A stretch of DNA of 64,000 bases from Takakia lepidozioides (Eukaryota; Plantae; Bryophyta), in NCBI GenBank assembly GCA_030704615.1, contig CM060733.1, positions 19,592,001 to 19,656,000 on the forward strand, read 5' to 3'. The position numbers were made by a program, and so were the translations under genes. The notes beneath the pieces were generated by a model. That model made no database searches and was not told the DNA's origin. It worked only from the letters and a program-made list of their open reading frames with translations. This document shows, one piece after another, positions 26,110 to 40,069 of the stretch (within the stretch, counting starts at the first letter, position 1; each line of letters starts with the position of its first letter).

Positions 26110-26790
26110 AACATGGTGTGACATGGGTGAGGATCTTAAGGATGATCTGAAGGGCCTACCTACCCTCGGCACTAGACTGAAACTCAGAGTGAGGAGTCTA
26201 CCTTTGAACAAAAAACAGATGTAGAGAGCAAGGGGAGTTTGTCAGTGCCCAATGCGGGGGCGGCCTGAAGACAATATCCATTTTCTGATACAATGTCATT
26301 CTCTTCAGAGAGGTACGCTGTTCAGGACCGTGAAGAATGTAGTCCCTGCACCTCTGTTCACCAACTTTCAAAATCTCAAGGCTGAGCCCAAAGCCCTGGC
26401 CCTGTTGGGGTCTAATTGCTGGGTAGCTCACACACAGCAGATTGATGCTTGTGTAAAGGCATTTCTAGAGAAATCTGGAAGGCCCAAACCAATTGTTTAT
26501 GCCGAGGTAAGTCCCACTACTGGAGTGTGCCCCTCACAAAGGTAGTGTCTGTTGTCTGTTACCTCTCCCTCCTCTCTCTAGAACCATCCTTTGGTCCTCC
26601 CTTGGATTTGATTGATATATGTAATATATATGTATGGTTTCAGAGTACCATGTCTTTTTTGCCTCTCTCACTCCCCTGATGGGCCCTCGGACCTCTACCT
26701 CTCTCTCTCTCTCCCTCCCTCGTTTCGCCCAAACTAAGCACAGAGTCTATGGCCACAAGGCTATGGCAAACATCTTATGAGTACATTCTC
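26110..26790 (+). mobile_element. Copy of the LINE 3'-end family, frameshifted
   Basis: Close similarity to 240-636 (EDNIHFLIQC..AEPKALALL..HTQQIDACVK) and the same TATGGCCACAAGGCTATGGCAAACATCTTATGAGTACATTCTCTC tail. Confidence 0.8.
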
Positions 26791-27139
26791 TCCTTCTCGT
26801 TTTCTCTTTTGTTCTGTTTGTGTTGGGTCCCTTGGGCCTCATGCAGACACAATAAATGTGATTTTCTGCTTCTCTCATTTTTCTGAATCTAAGCTGCGAT
26901 GGAGTTGCACCACATCGGGTACAGTTATTTGTCTTCCCTCTCAGCAACACCTCCCACCAATAGGTGCAATCTCCTCGAAAATCATGTCACTTCTCTATCA
27001 CTTAGATCCCCTCCCCTTATGCTTGCCTATTCCTTTCGGAAACGTACATGCATGTCTCCCAAACATCAACATTGCTTCATTAAAGGTTTGTTCAAGCTGA
27101 GAAAGGTTCTAATAATGATTATGTTCCCCAAGAGGAATC

Positions 27140-30100
27140 AGACCTGGATGAGATATTCTTGAGCTGGGCTCTTTGTTCAAGGACAGAGCGCGGTGAAGTA
27201 CGGGAGGTTCTGAATCCCTGACATACATCAAGATTCATCTCTCTCTTCTGAAGGGACAGCTCTTGCCTCTCAAGGGCCAGCTTTAGTCTCTCTTCACTGT
27301 TCTCTCTCTTCAACTCCATGAACTCTTTTTCAGCCAGCAGTGAAAGTGACGATGATACTGAGGTAGGGTGCCTCAGCAAAGTGTGGCGAGGGAAACACTG
27401 CAAGGCCCACAAAAACCAACATATAAGTGCGATGTACATTAAATTATCATCAACTTCCAGGTCTTCTTAGTCTGTCCTTTAGAAAATATTTCAAAGGTGC
27501 CTTTCTGTCTGATACTTATGTAGGGAGTTCTTGTCTGCCTCCATCTGCTGCTGGCCTTGCTCTGTTGTTCCTTCGGCCTTGTGCCTGTGCCTGTGGCAGA
27601 TGCATTACGTCCTGTTTCCAGAGTCTTTGTGGCCTTATAATGATCCTGCCGATTTATCCTTTCAGGTCCTTGAGATGTGTGTGAGTGCAAGGGTCCATGT
27701 AAGTAGGATATATTTGGGTGTTGGTAGGAAGCAATAGTTTGGCTGCCTCCTTCCCCAAGTAACATCTCTTGGCTGCTAAAGTCACATGGCATAACTGGGT
27801 TTACAAAAGTCATTTGGATTCTATCTCTGGATGTCCAGATAGAAGGGAGGTTGAGTCCTCAAGTTGGGTTTTAAGATGATCTCATTTGTTGTTGTATGAG
27901 GTCATCAAAGGAGTCCGTAAGGCTCAGGCAAGGGCTGATGCAGGACTAGCTGTCAAAATCCTGGATTAGGTGTGGGTTCCTTTTGAAGTACACAAGCAGA
28001 GTAGAGAGGAAACAAACAAACAGACAAACAGACAGAGATATAACTTGGAGAGAGAGGAAGATGAAGTCCACCTGAAGACCAAAGGCTTGCAGAGTGGTGG
28101 TGTTGCTTTTGAAGGCGTGGCATTGGAGTTCAAGCTCATGCCTGGCCTCTTCCACTTCTTGTGCGATTTTGACAGCCATGTCCTTAGCATGCGCCAGTTG
28201 CGAGCGTTGTTTTGCCATTTCCTCAACATCTGAAGACACAATATTTGAAGTGCTGAGAGGTTGATGTTGCACAGAACCCATGTGCACGTGAGTGAACTAC
28301 AACAGAAAGAAACTAAAAATTTATTATGTTGGTGGGAGGTCCAAAGGCCCAAGAGACACGAGTAGAAAAATACTGTAGAACCTAAAATACCACAGAAACT
28401 AAAGAGGCTCATGTTGCACGAAGGCATAAGCACCCCAAAATTGCCTATTTTTCTGGCGTGAGAAGTAAATGGTTTTTCCTCTCCACTTTGCCTGTGGCGA
28501 AATTGGCAGGCCCTATCCTCAGCGGTTTGGTCATTTTGTCTTTCTGTCTCAATCTGTAGGGTGTGGAATTGATCTTTGAAATCACCCAGGCCCAATGAAA
28601 GGAGGAAAGATAGAAACTTCACATTGTCCCATGGTAGCTGGGTGGGAAAGTGGGTGGGGGTTATATTGTGTCGACATTCCGTGCCACATTTGGTTTGTAC
28701 ATTATTCCACTAACCCCTCCAGCTCTGGTTGGGGTGTCAACCTACAAGGGTTTTGAAAGTACCATTTCATGTCATTTCATTTCTTTAACTCTTACCCTTT
28801 CTAGGTTCCGAAGCTTCTGGATGTGAATGTTTTTTATCAGTAATATGATCAACATTTTTGTCCGTGCAGTGTGTTCTGGGAGGTTTCCCCCTTTCATTGC
28901 AAGAGAGAGGGAAGAAGAAAATCATTGCCTCCAGAGGGAGAGAAGACTGAATTTATAACTTCCAAAGAAATGAAATGGTACTTTATAATGTCCACGGAAA
29001 GCTCAAAGAGCTTATGGGACGAGGAAGCAAGAAACAAGAAAGAGAGAGGGGCCACAAGCAGCCCAAAAGAAACTATTGCAGAAGGGATTGCCTTAGAGTC
29101 AAGAAAGAAAGAAAGAAATTTTATAATGTCCACAGGGGTCCTAAGGGCATATGGACAAAATAGAACAAGAATAATCCAGAGAGATTCATTTTCCATAATG
29201 CTCACCAGACTGCATATGAGAAGCATGGTCCAACTTGTGTTTCTGAAGAGCCGAGTCAGCCAGGGTTGTTTGCTCCTTCACATGCAGGAGTGCGTCCCGT
29301 TCTGCTGCAATCTCTTTCCTTTCCTGCCATTAAGTGTCTGTCTCCATCAGAGGGAGGGACAGGGAAGTAGCTGTCAATGTACCGGTACGTCGAAGTCTGA
29401 TTGATTTGGTCATTAATAGTGTTTGAAAACTGACCATTGGGGCTTGGATTTGATTTAGTAGGGTTGATTTAGTAGTCCAAAGTAGATAAGTGTGTAAAAG
29501 AAAGGGATGGTGGGTACCCTATCCCTCCTGGCCCTCTCCCCCTCACACTGCAATCAACATCAAAGGTGGAGATTGTCCATGTACTTGACATGGTAGCCAA
29601 CAAGTTGTAAGCCAACAGTGGAGTGAAACTCCTGACCCATGAAAAGGCCTTCTAGGCACACAAAGCACAAGGGTAGGGGGTGTAAATGCACCTCCATCGA
29701 TTTGGCGACAAAGGTTGACTTTTCAAGAAGACACAGGTTGTGCATCTCCTCTAGTTTCTGCCGTGCAGTTGCAAGATCAGCCAGAGATTGTGTTCGTTCA
29801 GCCTCCAGTGATTCCTGTGAATTGGCCAGCATAGCTTTATGTGAGAACACATGGTTTCTATTGAAGCATTTGCATGAGGTTCAAAGCTTCAAACTGCAAT
29901 ATAAGTAAATCCTACTACTGAAGTGAGCCCGCACAAAGGTAGTGTCTGTTCCCTCTTGCTCTGTCCAAACTGGGCGTAGGGTCTATGGCCACAAGGCTAT
30001 GGCAAACGTCTTATGAGTACATTCTATAATTTGGACCTCACACTATTGCCTTATATTTAAAATTTGCTTGAACCTCTTCTTCTGGCAGACAGATTTTCCC

Positions 30101-33100
30101 GTTATCTTTGTAGTACCGATTCGAGCAAGAGATTAGGATACCCGCAATGATTGAAGGTGAAAATGTTCCTGGTGAAAGCACTTCTTTTCATCGAGTTGCA
30201 TTGCATTCATCTCCTTCAAACCAGCATCCAGCTTGCTCACCAGCACCTCCAACTGCAATCCCAACAATGGCCACCTCATCACCACCTGCTGTCCATAGAT
30301 AAGGTGCAAGGTCTTTGGGAATCTGGCCACCAGCAGTCTGTACAGCACCTCGAAAAGTAAGAGTGCAAGATAACAGCTGCACCACTCGAAACATTCCAAA
30401 CTGATGTATGGGGCCTCTGGGCCATCATAGTTAATAATTAAGAGGGTCAAAATAATATGATAGATCAGTATGCAACTCATTACACTGCTCTTAGTAGAGA
30501 ATTGTGGTTTCGCCTTGGATGAACACAACTTTGGCTTGTACCTGCCTCCGGATGTGATCTGACTGCACCCCTCCCTCACTCCAGCAGGCTTTGCCTCCTC
30601 CAACAGAAGTGCTCAAGGAGTCCATTGAAGTTGCCTTGTCTTTGTTGCACAGCTCCCTGTCAGTTGCCTTTGATTCTTGTACAACTTGTTCCCCAGCTGA
30701 CCGCTCATCTGCTTTACTTGCCAATTGCACTAGCATCTCCATTATGGTCTTCTGATCCACAGAGACTCGCCTCTACAAGTAGTGAAGAAGTGGAAGGACT
30801 CAGGGTAATGTCTAGAAGTCCTGCTGTTGTGAGTCAGTAGCGTTTTAGCTGTGCAAACATTTGAAACACATACATTCCTGCATTGTGCTGTTATCATGCT
30901 TGTGGGGGATTGAGTACAGTTCCTCAGGAATTACAATAAGACTACATTTGGAGTGGATGGATTACAAAGTTCAGTTATTAGTCATAAGGTACACAATAGG
31001 TGGTTCTATCATTTACCTCAATGGTGAGGTGTCTTTCCTTGCCTGCAAGATCCCATGCATGCATTTCCTTAAGGATCTGCATCTGTATCCACACCCTCAC
31101 TTGGTAGCTTAGACTCTCAAATTCTCTCCCTGCTTCATCAAACTGAGGAGACATCTATGTTACATATAAAGCTAGAGCAAACACAGTCTAAAGTGTACAT
31201 TAACTGTGTGCATGAAAATTAGTGTGTGACTTGTGGTGCATGTCACAATATCACTGGGTAATTCTTGATGAGGGTGTTCTCAAGGCACCCCTATCATCAA
31301 AGTGTGGCTGTTGGTCCTTCAGCTGGCATCTGTGGGGAAATTGTGGCAGAAGCAGAAACTAGAAATGGCGTTATAATATATGCTTGATATATCACTGCTT
31401 ATGGAATCGGGAGACTTGCCTTGTATCTGGATCTGTTAACATGATTTGCAAATGAAGTATCTGATGTATACCATGTCTGAAATCTAAATGTGCCCTACCT
31501 CTTGCTCATGAATCCTTTTCAATGAATCGAGCTTCTCCTCAGCCAGAATGGAGCTGTTTCTGAGCTGCTGGACCTCTGACGAGAGCTGGGCAGCGAGGTG
31601 CTGCGTCTCCTCTCTTTCCTCCCTGACTATGTCCATATCTGACATGTCCCTCTCCAATCTCAACCGTTCGCTCTCAAGTCGCAAGATCTAATAGTAAGAT
31701 GAAAGAAGTCTTAGAATTGGAGCCCAATGTTTGATCCCAAACCTTAAGGTTTTGGAAGGCCAGATCTCCTGCAGGTTCCTACAGTTCTTTGCAGTGCCTG
31801 AATTGCGATCCTGTTGATTTATTTAAGTTAACTATGTCATTTCTCTTGTAGCGAGGCTCTCAAGAGAAAGACAGTTTCTGAAGGACCTTTGACGTCTGTC
31901 ACTAATCAGAGGCTCCATTTTATTGCTCAACACCTGAGTTGACGCACTGTCAATCAGTCTTGCAAGCATACAGAAATACAAACAGATATTACCTCTTCCT
32001 TTAGACCGATGTTCTCATCTCTAAGATTTTTCATCTCACTTGCAAAGCTCTCTTTCTCACTCTCTGCTGCTGCCCTGGCTGACGAGGCTTGCCTCAGTTC
32101 CTCACCAAGGGCTCCTTTCTCCTTCTTGCCCCGTTCCACCAGCTCCTCTATTTCTCTTTCAAAATTCATCTTTCCAAAACCAAGCTCTGACTGCAAGTAT
32201 CATTGCATTGTACAGTTATGGATTGCATCAGATATTGCACTAGCAGTGTCACCTCACTGTCAGATGAACTGCCTTTCACAAAGGCAAGTGCTACTTTGAG
32301 ACGAGGCTATGGGTTAGACATACGGTATGTACTTGATGTGATTGTGTTGTGGTGGACTACCATATCTTGGCATCCCTTCACCAAAAACACCATACCACTG
32401 TCAGTCAGTCTTGCAAACATGCAGATATTACAAACAGATATTACCTCTTTCTTTAGACCGATGTTCTCATCTCTAAGATTTTTCATCTCACTTGCAAAGC
32501 TCTCTTTCTCACTCTCTGCTGCTGCTCTGACTGCAGGTATCATTCCATCATATAATTAGAGATGCATCAGATACTGCACTCTTAGTGTCAGCTCACTGTC
32601 AGATGAACTGCCTTTCACAAAGGCAAGTGCTACTTTGAGATGAGGTTATGGGTTAGACATACTGCATGTATTTGATGAGATTGTGTCATGGTGGACTATC
32701 ATATCTTTGCATCCTTCTACCAAAAACACCATACCCTGCTATCAGGATACCTTAGTCTGTTAGGTTTGGACAATGTATTGGCAGCATTACCTGTAGATGG
32801 TTTCTCTCAGCTATCAGTTGATCCATCAATGGCACCTCTCGCTTGACCTCAAAAAACGAATCTCCCTCTTTCTTTCCTGCATTTTCTGCCTCAAGTCCGC
32901 AGGATAAGCTCTCTGTAACCTGCAACAGAAAGCAGTTGTGATACACAAGAAAGCTCAAACAATATTTCCTGGACATACTCGTTTACTGACTGATCGACAT
33001 CTTGTGGACATCCATTGTAGGCTTCACCAAGGAGGCTTCATGGCATCAAGTCAGATAGCAAATAGTAAGGAAGCACCTGGCCATCTGTTGTGGAGCCTCC

Positions 33101-35376
33101 AGTAGATCTGTGCCATGACTGGAACGTCAAGTGTGGCTGAGAATGTACTCATAAGCATTGTTTGGCGTAGCCTTGTGACCATAGACCCCGCACCCAGTTT
33201 GTGAAACTGGGCAGAACCAGGTGTGTTTGTGAAATGAAATGAAATGAAATGAGAAATGATTTGAAATGGTCCTTTTATAACGTCAACGGAAAGAAAGGGA
33301 AGATGAAGATGGAGATAGAGAAGCTGAGTAGGACAGGTCAAAGGTTTTGACCAGTGGATTGGGGCCTTTGCTTGAGAAATAACAAGTGACAAGCTGGATC
33401 AGTTTAACTGCATGCACCAGGACAGCTTTTGAGCTACCTGATGATTTAAATCTTCAAACAAAGGAGCCCAGGAAAGCACATAATTAAAGGAATTAAGTTG
33501 CGGAGTACAAGAACAGCTTTTGAGAGGGGTCTGGTCTTTTACAAACCTGTTGCGGCAAGGGTTGCTGACTCTCCAGACTCCAGAAGGGTTTCCCTGAACT
33601 TGCCTGCTCTCCAAAACATCCTGCACACATAAAAACTTCTGTTGTTGAAGTTTGAAGTTCTTTGGTTTTGCAGCCTGTTTAGCCCATGGTGTAACGGTGT
33701 GTCTTTTTTGTCACTACCTGTTTCCTCTCATTTTCTCAATTGATGCGCAGACAGTTTCTCTCATTACCAAGGCAATGCCCACTACATGAGCAAGCCTAAT
33801 TAATGAAAGTGGTGGGCAAAACTCTGCTCTTTCTAGTATCCTGCCCATCCCGGTCAAATGGCCACATGGTGGGGAAGCAAGGTTATTGAGTACATTCTTC
33901 TTCGCTCTAGTACCTCCTTGTAAGAATAAAGTCTCTTCAGTAGGGCACCTAGGTACAATATTGAAAGAAATTTACAAAGTCACAGATAGAATCGTTATTC
34001 TGCACCATTTGAGGTATTGGTGCCTGAACTTTGCCGTTCTACTTGGGGCCACATGGATAGTTTTATTGAACATCTTTTGTGTACAGTTGGCACTGTACTG
34101 CTGCTTGTCATCAGCAGATTCTCGTAAATGCTCTCATCACCTCTCATGGCTCGCGTACGTGTTGGGTTGTAAAAATCAAAATCTGGGATTTCTCTGATTG
34201 TCACTCCTTCATCAGCTCTATCACATGAGCGTGGTCTCGGCGCAAAGTTTATAGCACTTTTGCATCTGCCAGCAAAGGATGGTTTTCGTGTCCCGATACA
34301 AAGGATTGAAGGTTGGGATGCTTCAAATCCTGATGGGAACTCCACCTTGAGATTTGAGCATTCACGCGGTTCTCCACAACTTGTGCGAGCTGTGTGTTCA
34401 ATTCTCTCCCTCTCTAAGGATTCGTTGGTCCCTTCGGACACCATCAGCGACACGTCTGAATCCCTACACTCATCATCCTTCATGACACGAGTGTTAGCTT
34501 CTAGGTGTTGGACTCGATAGGTTTTTCATTTTTCATGTAAGTGTTACTACAGAGATTCACAGAGCAGTACAGCAACGGAGATAAGTTTGCAGCTGCAGGT
34601 CAAGTACATGCTCTCGCCAAGGTGGTGACCGGGCACTTGCCAGCTGGGGTACTGCATATCTTGATCCAGCACCCCCATCTCTTCTGCCGCATCTTTGGCA
34701 TGTCACTGCAAGGATTTCCACCAGACGAATGAGTAACCTTGAATGTTGCAGCTCAGATATGAACCTTGTAAGCAATTTGTAGACCCAAATTCTGGCATGG
34801 TAGGGTACTGAATCGATGGTGCTTGACTTTAGTAACTTGGAAGGGCAGTTTCCACATGTACCTGCCTTCTTCTCCTCAGACGACCGTTCCAGCCTTTTCA
34901 TGTCGGACTCCTGACACCACCTTCTCGCAAGCAGGTGTGAGTTGTTGGGAAGGGCTTTAGCTTCGAGCTCAGCAGGAACTCGAGAGTCCTGCCTCGGCGA
35001 GAATGCTCTTGGGCGACAGTGCTTAAACTCCTCTCTGATGGATCAAGCAACTATAAAGCTTAGGAAGTACGATTGACACGATGTCCATTTGGAGCTCAAC
35101 AATACCCCCCCCCTGCAGTCCTCCACCTATCCTCTTCGTCATGTTTTACTATGTTCAGTAAGCCTCTCAAGAGGCTGGTTATGAGACTTACGGGTGGCAG
35201 TTACTCGTTCCATGAAAGTCGTTCATCTTTAAGCCAGCGTCAGGTAACAAGAGCAGTGATTTGACATCAGCATCCGCTGCAAAGGTATCCCCTGTTTCAA
35301 TCTTGTGCCGACTGTCCCTGAAATCGATATCTGTGCCATTGCATGTGTAGCTTGAACTTCCAGTGCACTCGTCCAT
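27140..35376 (-). CDS. Multi-exon long coiled-coil protein of unknown function (model approximate)
   Basis: Series of GT-AG bounded E/K/L/Q-rich heptad exons (~27145-27370, 28073-28230, 29692-29830, 30540-30850, 31498-31686, 31993-32190, 32790-32920) and low-complexity 5' exons (33995-35376). No family recognised. Confidence 0.55.
29915..30025 (+). mobile_element. Short 3' tail of the LINE family in an intron
   Basis: GAGCCCGCACAAAGGTAGTGTCTGTTCC...CTATGGCCACAAGGCTATGGCAAACGTCTTATGAGTACATTC. Confidence 0.75.
31953..32735. repeat. Tandem intragenic duplication of one exon plus flanking intron
   Basis: 31953-32400 and 32404-32735 share intron sequence and the AAAESEKESFASEMKNLRDENIGLK exon end. 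Confidence 0.85.
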
Positions 35377-35975
35377 TCTCGCTGCTTTCTACGCACTCAC
35401 GATACAATTTGCATAACATGTGATGACATTCAGCACCTTGCTTCCGAAGCGAAAGCTATCTGATTGCTTGACGATTGAAGCAACATGGATTCTGTAAACT
35501 GGGTTTGAGCCTCAAGGAATTTCTCCACATCCCTCGACTCTGAATGGAAGATGGGTCCATCATTTTATTTACTAGTTTTTCTTTATTTGTATTCACGAGT
35601 GTGGGAAGGGAGTGAAGGAAAAACCTGTGTCAAGGAACATGGCATCAAGAAGGCCCTGGTCTCCGATACAGGGATTTGGATTCCTCGTGGCTGTGGTGGT
35701 GTGGCTGTACTCTCACAGTAGCACGATCACCTGCTCACCCACACCATGAAGCCCGGTGGTGAATTCTACCCGGTTTTGTTTCTGCATCTGAACGCGTTTG
35801 CATTGTATGCGGTAGTGCAGACAGAGGTTTTCTTTCCACATTATGCATATTTCTTCTATCTGTGTACATTTAGCCGGTCCGTAAGTACTTCTCTAAAACA
35901 ATGTCATCGGCTAGGCTCTTATCTGTCATGGACCTTCCTCTCCCACCGAGTCAGTATCATCATCGGAGAGGTAAT

Positions 35976-36314
35976 TCTCTGACCAAAACTTTACACTAGT
36001 AACTGTCTCAGCACGAAGAAGAAATTTCTGAGCGTCAGTTTGTTTCCATGTATCGAGGCAAAGAGTCTGATGAGAAAGAAGAACGCACCATAGAGTGAGG
36101 GAGGGAGTTGCCTATGAAGGAGTGCTGTCCAAGATCCCAGTGTCTCTGACCAAAACTTTACACTAGTAACTGTCTCAGCACGAAGAAGAAATTTCTGAGC
36201 GTCAGTTTGTTTCCATGTATCGAGGCAAAGAGTCTGATGAGAAAGAAGAACGCACCATAGAGTGAGGGAGGGAGTTGCCTATGAAGGAGTGCTGTCCAAG
36301 ATCCCAGTGTCTCT
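35976..36314. repeat. Perfect 167-bp direct tandem duplication
   Basis: Copies start at 35976 and 36143, with TCTCT at each junction. Confidence 0.92.
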
Positions 36315-36830
36315 TTAAAGTGTAGGACTTAGCTCCATAGTGGGATTACCATTGCTCGACCACCAGGACTCGTATGATCAGTGATAACCGAAAGGATGGA
36401 TCTAATCACGAAGTGCTAATCTCGAAAGGATACGCGGCATTAGAGGTAATCAAAAGATGCGTCTGTTGAAGATGTAGCTATTGGGACATTTCCTCTGTTT
36501 CTTATTATCCAATTAAATAAAAGCTCACCTGGGTTCCATCAGTTACGAGGAGCAGTGTAGCACACTGTCTTTCTGTATGAGCAATTCAATGCGACTCAAA
36601 CTTGATAAAAACTGTCAAATTAGCTCAAACATCATAACAATACAGAACATTTGAAAGCCATCAACAATCCTCATGAAGGAGAGATCTCATTTGCTGTATT
36701 CAGATGACAATTGTCTCAAGGTTATAGTATACATTTGCATGCATGTCAACAAGTTAGGGCTTGCATGATCTCGGTGTTTCAAGGGAAAGATCCAAATCTA
36801 CAAATTGGTTTCCCTTTCGAAAGATGCATG

Positions 36831-37199
36831 CTACACCTTGTAGCCCGTGATGGTGCCCCCTCGTCCCCAAATCTCACCAAAACACCACCAAGCAAAGCAT
36901 TCTCCCACAAACATAATGCCAATGCCGATCTCGCGAAGCTTCACATCATTGCGAAGCATCAACCCATCTTTCACGTAATCGCATTCCCGCCTGAATGCAC
37001 TGTATCTTCCTGGCAAGCTGGCGAGGCGAGTATAGAAGAGTTGTCTTGAAAGCTCCTGGCATTTTTCCACCGTCGGCTCATCTGCAATATAACGCTTGTT
37101 TTGCTCCAGTACGTACTTATTATAGGTCTTTCCATGCTCTGCCATTGCCTTGGTCGCTACCACGGCTTTGCTTTGCAACTGCTTTATCAATGTCGACAT
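36831..37199 (-). CDS. Mitochondrial ATP synthase subunit g, intronless, 122 aa
   Basis: MSTLIKQLQSKA...LEQNKRYI..PTVEKCQELSRQLFYTRLASLPGRY...GECFAWWCFGEIWGRG.TITGY matches plant subunit g. Confidence 0.9.
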   Translation of the reverse strand: MSTLIKQLQSKAVVATKAMAEHGKTYNKYVLEQNKRYIADEPTVEKCQELSRQLFYTRLASLPGRYSAFRRECDYVKDGLMLRNDVKLREIGIGIMFVGECFAWWCFGEIWGRGGTITGYKV

Positions 37200-39547
37200 G
37201 CAGGCACTCTCATCAAACGCGCACAATTCCCAGACAGTAGTGCATGCAAAGCTGATCCCTAAACAACCAAGAGAACCCCCGTATTCTTCTTTATCAGGTT
37301 ACGTGGGTTTTCCCTCGATCATGGAACTCCGTTCAGATGTCAAATCAAGTGACTCGAACATCGCTCTCCTCTCACTTTTTGCTACTAGACCTGTTGACCT
37401 ATATCTCCACCTCCACCACGAGAATCATTTATCCGTCATCCTCCTGGCACACCTTTGTGAGAGAAGTCCTCTGTCTCTCGGTCTGATTGCATGTCATTCT
37501 TTCTCACGTCCGTAAATCGATCCTGATGTCCATGTTTGAGTCGAAAAAAGATAACTGGTCATGGAAGCTGGCAAGATCAGGTTGCTAGGTAGCTGGAGAT
37601 GTTATGAGATAAAATGACAAGCAGCCATGAGTTAGTTATAACAACTATCGGGATCAAGTTATATCAGAAGTCATGAGATCTTGATACTTAAACCATCAAA
37701 CAGTTCATGACGAAGTCAGAAACTTCAAACAGTTTTCGGAGTTCATCAACATGGAGCTTCATCCAGTCAGCATGCATCTGTATAGGAGCATACTAGTAGT
37801 TAGGATCACATCATATATTAGCATGTACAATCGTGATATGTTTTGGTTTGTAGGGAAACTTTCCAGGGATTCATCAGACGATATGACCACAAAATATAGA
37901 AAACCTTTCACACGTTGATTCACTATAAATTGGATGGTTGAAAAAAATTCTGTTAACTTCAAGAGATTGCGGATCACCGTTGGAAGTCGAAGTTCAAAAA
38001 TCTTGATTCTCTCCTCCGATTCAATTCAATCGATCACAGAACCTCGGGATTAGAAATCTTTGAAGCTTGCTAGTAAGATTTGTGATCGTTGCTCTATCCA
38101 GTTTACAGAGGCCTGAGTCACGTCCACTAGCCACCTTAGCCTGCACTCACCCCACATCCACAGTCCGAGGAGTGGGCTAGACTGACCACACATGCGGCTA
38201 GTCCGCGATCTGGACCTCCTCTCCGAGATGGATAGTGCAAAGGCATCTCGACTCCTCGAGGGTCACAGCCTTGGCTGTAAATTTGGAAAGTGTGGCACCT
38301 ACTGAGACCTTCTCATACACAAAGAATGCCGATCAATTTCGCTGAAGCTATTCGCAAGCCAATTTTTGGGACCTATAATCTAGACGGGCCAGAGATGTTG
38401 CTGTCCTTGGTCCCAATATGGGCAAGAAAAGGCGGACTTTCGCCAGTATTAGCAGGGAGATTTCGCCCCCACCCCTCTCATTACATCTGTTCTAGGCACT
38501 CGTCAATCCTCAATTTCCTGGCCTAGTATAATTGCTCAGATTCCCTTCTATATGCAAAGGTAGTTGCAGGATGAACATAGGGAGTGGCAATGTTCTGCTG
38601 GCTTGGTCATATGGTGGCGGCAACGTTCGAGGTAGGCTTCAAAGTTCTTAATGCATGAGCTTTAATCCTTTTAGGAGAGAAGAGTTTAGTGAAAACAGAC
38701 CTCGTGCTGATTAGGGTCATTGACTGTGAGACTGGGAAGCTGTCCTTCTCTAGATAATGGCAGAGTAAATAGAACAATTTTCTGCAGGGCGAGGTCAATT
38801 GGTCACACATTCGGAAAGAAATTTGGCGTAAAGATGCTTTCCTTTGGAAGATCGCTCATCGTATTCTCTCGGTAAAAGACTATGTGGTGACTGATGATCT
38901 GCCTGATGTGTCCTAGAGCTCGAAGAGTTTGGACTTTGGTGATGCAACAAGGAGCTTGTGGCACATTCCCTAAAGGAAAAATAACATTTTTCCCCTTTTA
39001 GAGTGCTTGAAAAGAACAAGTCACAGGGAACTGTGCAACGGAGGGAATCTGGTGGGCTTTCCCTTGCAACCTTTTGGGAAAAAAAAACCCCGTAGATTTT
39101 CCTTGGGGTTTTTTCCCCGTGTTTTTTTCCCTTCTGTGGTTTTTCTTTGGTGGGTTTTTTTCTCTTTTTCCCCTTTGAGGTTTTCCCCATGCGTTTTAAT
39201 CCATTCCTCTTGGTCGGTTGGTGTTTTCCCCTGGGAATTAGTCCCCCTTGTGTGTGTGCAAAGAAGACAACCTCATTGCATACAACAGCACCACTGCGTC
39301 AATTAAAAGATCACAATCGAATTGTAGGTAGCAATATTCACATAATTGGGAGAGAGTGAACCACGGAAGAGCAACAAAGCTGCGAAACTCAAATATCCTC
39401 ACAACCGCTGGAGCACGGACGTGGACTACATCTTCGTCCTCCACTGGCAAAAAGTTTTTAAAAGGTTGTAAAGGTCACTAAGGTTTCAGGAGAAATGCTA
39501 CAAGTGAAAAAGGGATCCTGTTTGGTACAATATGGCGGGCAAAAGAC

Positions 39548-40069
39548 CTGTGTTGGATAGTGATGCGAGTCATTGCACAATCTAAGAGTGGAGGTAACAT
39601 TGTTGTGGGCACAAGCAAGTTGGGGCAGTAACGGATGCACCGTGAAGCCATCAAAAAGCAGTCATCAGCTACATCTGGCTGTGAAGTGAAATCCTGCACA
39701 TGTTATAGCCAGAGAACTTTGTAACTTCCTGGTCGTGAACACAGGAAATCCATCAAAAATAGTGTGCACAACATGACCTCAACATACGCCGGTTTCTGGA
39801 GAGAATACCAACTATCATGCATGCGAGCACCAGATCCATAACAGAAACCTTCATGATCTTGCCACATTAAGGCTTCTTGGGAAAGGTCATGGAGGTCCTA
39901 GATCAATAATAATGGATACAGCTGGCTGCAAACAGTGGTGGTCAGATTAATTCTGATGATAAGAAGCCTGCAGTACCTGAATAGTTGTTAGCAGAGTAAT
40001 GGTTTGTCCAAATAGGACAGAAATCAATGTTCCCAGGTAGCCAGCACAAGCGGTATCACCACCAAACAC
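39548..40069 (-). pseudogene. Orphan two-exon fragment of transportin-SR/MOS14 (exons 39977-40069, 39548-39693)
   Basis: VFGGDTACAGYLGTLISVLFGQTITLLTTIQ|DFTSQPDVADDCFLMASRCIRYCPNLLVP..LLDCAMTRITIQHR resembles plant MOS14/TNPO3; splice sites are intact but neighbouring exons were not found. Confidence 0.72.

Noticed and set aside
29983-30025. Hammerhead ribozyme in the LINE tail (CTTATGAG, GCAAAC)
   Set aside because: Lacks the CUGAUGA and GAAA core in the right order and topology; only a simple hairpin is supported.
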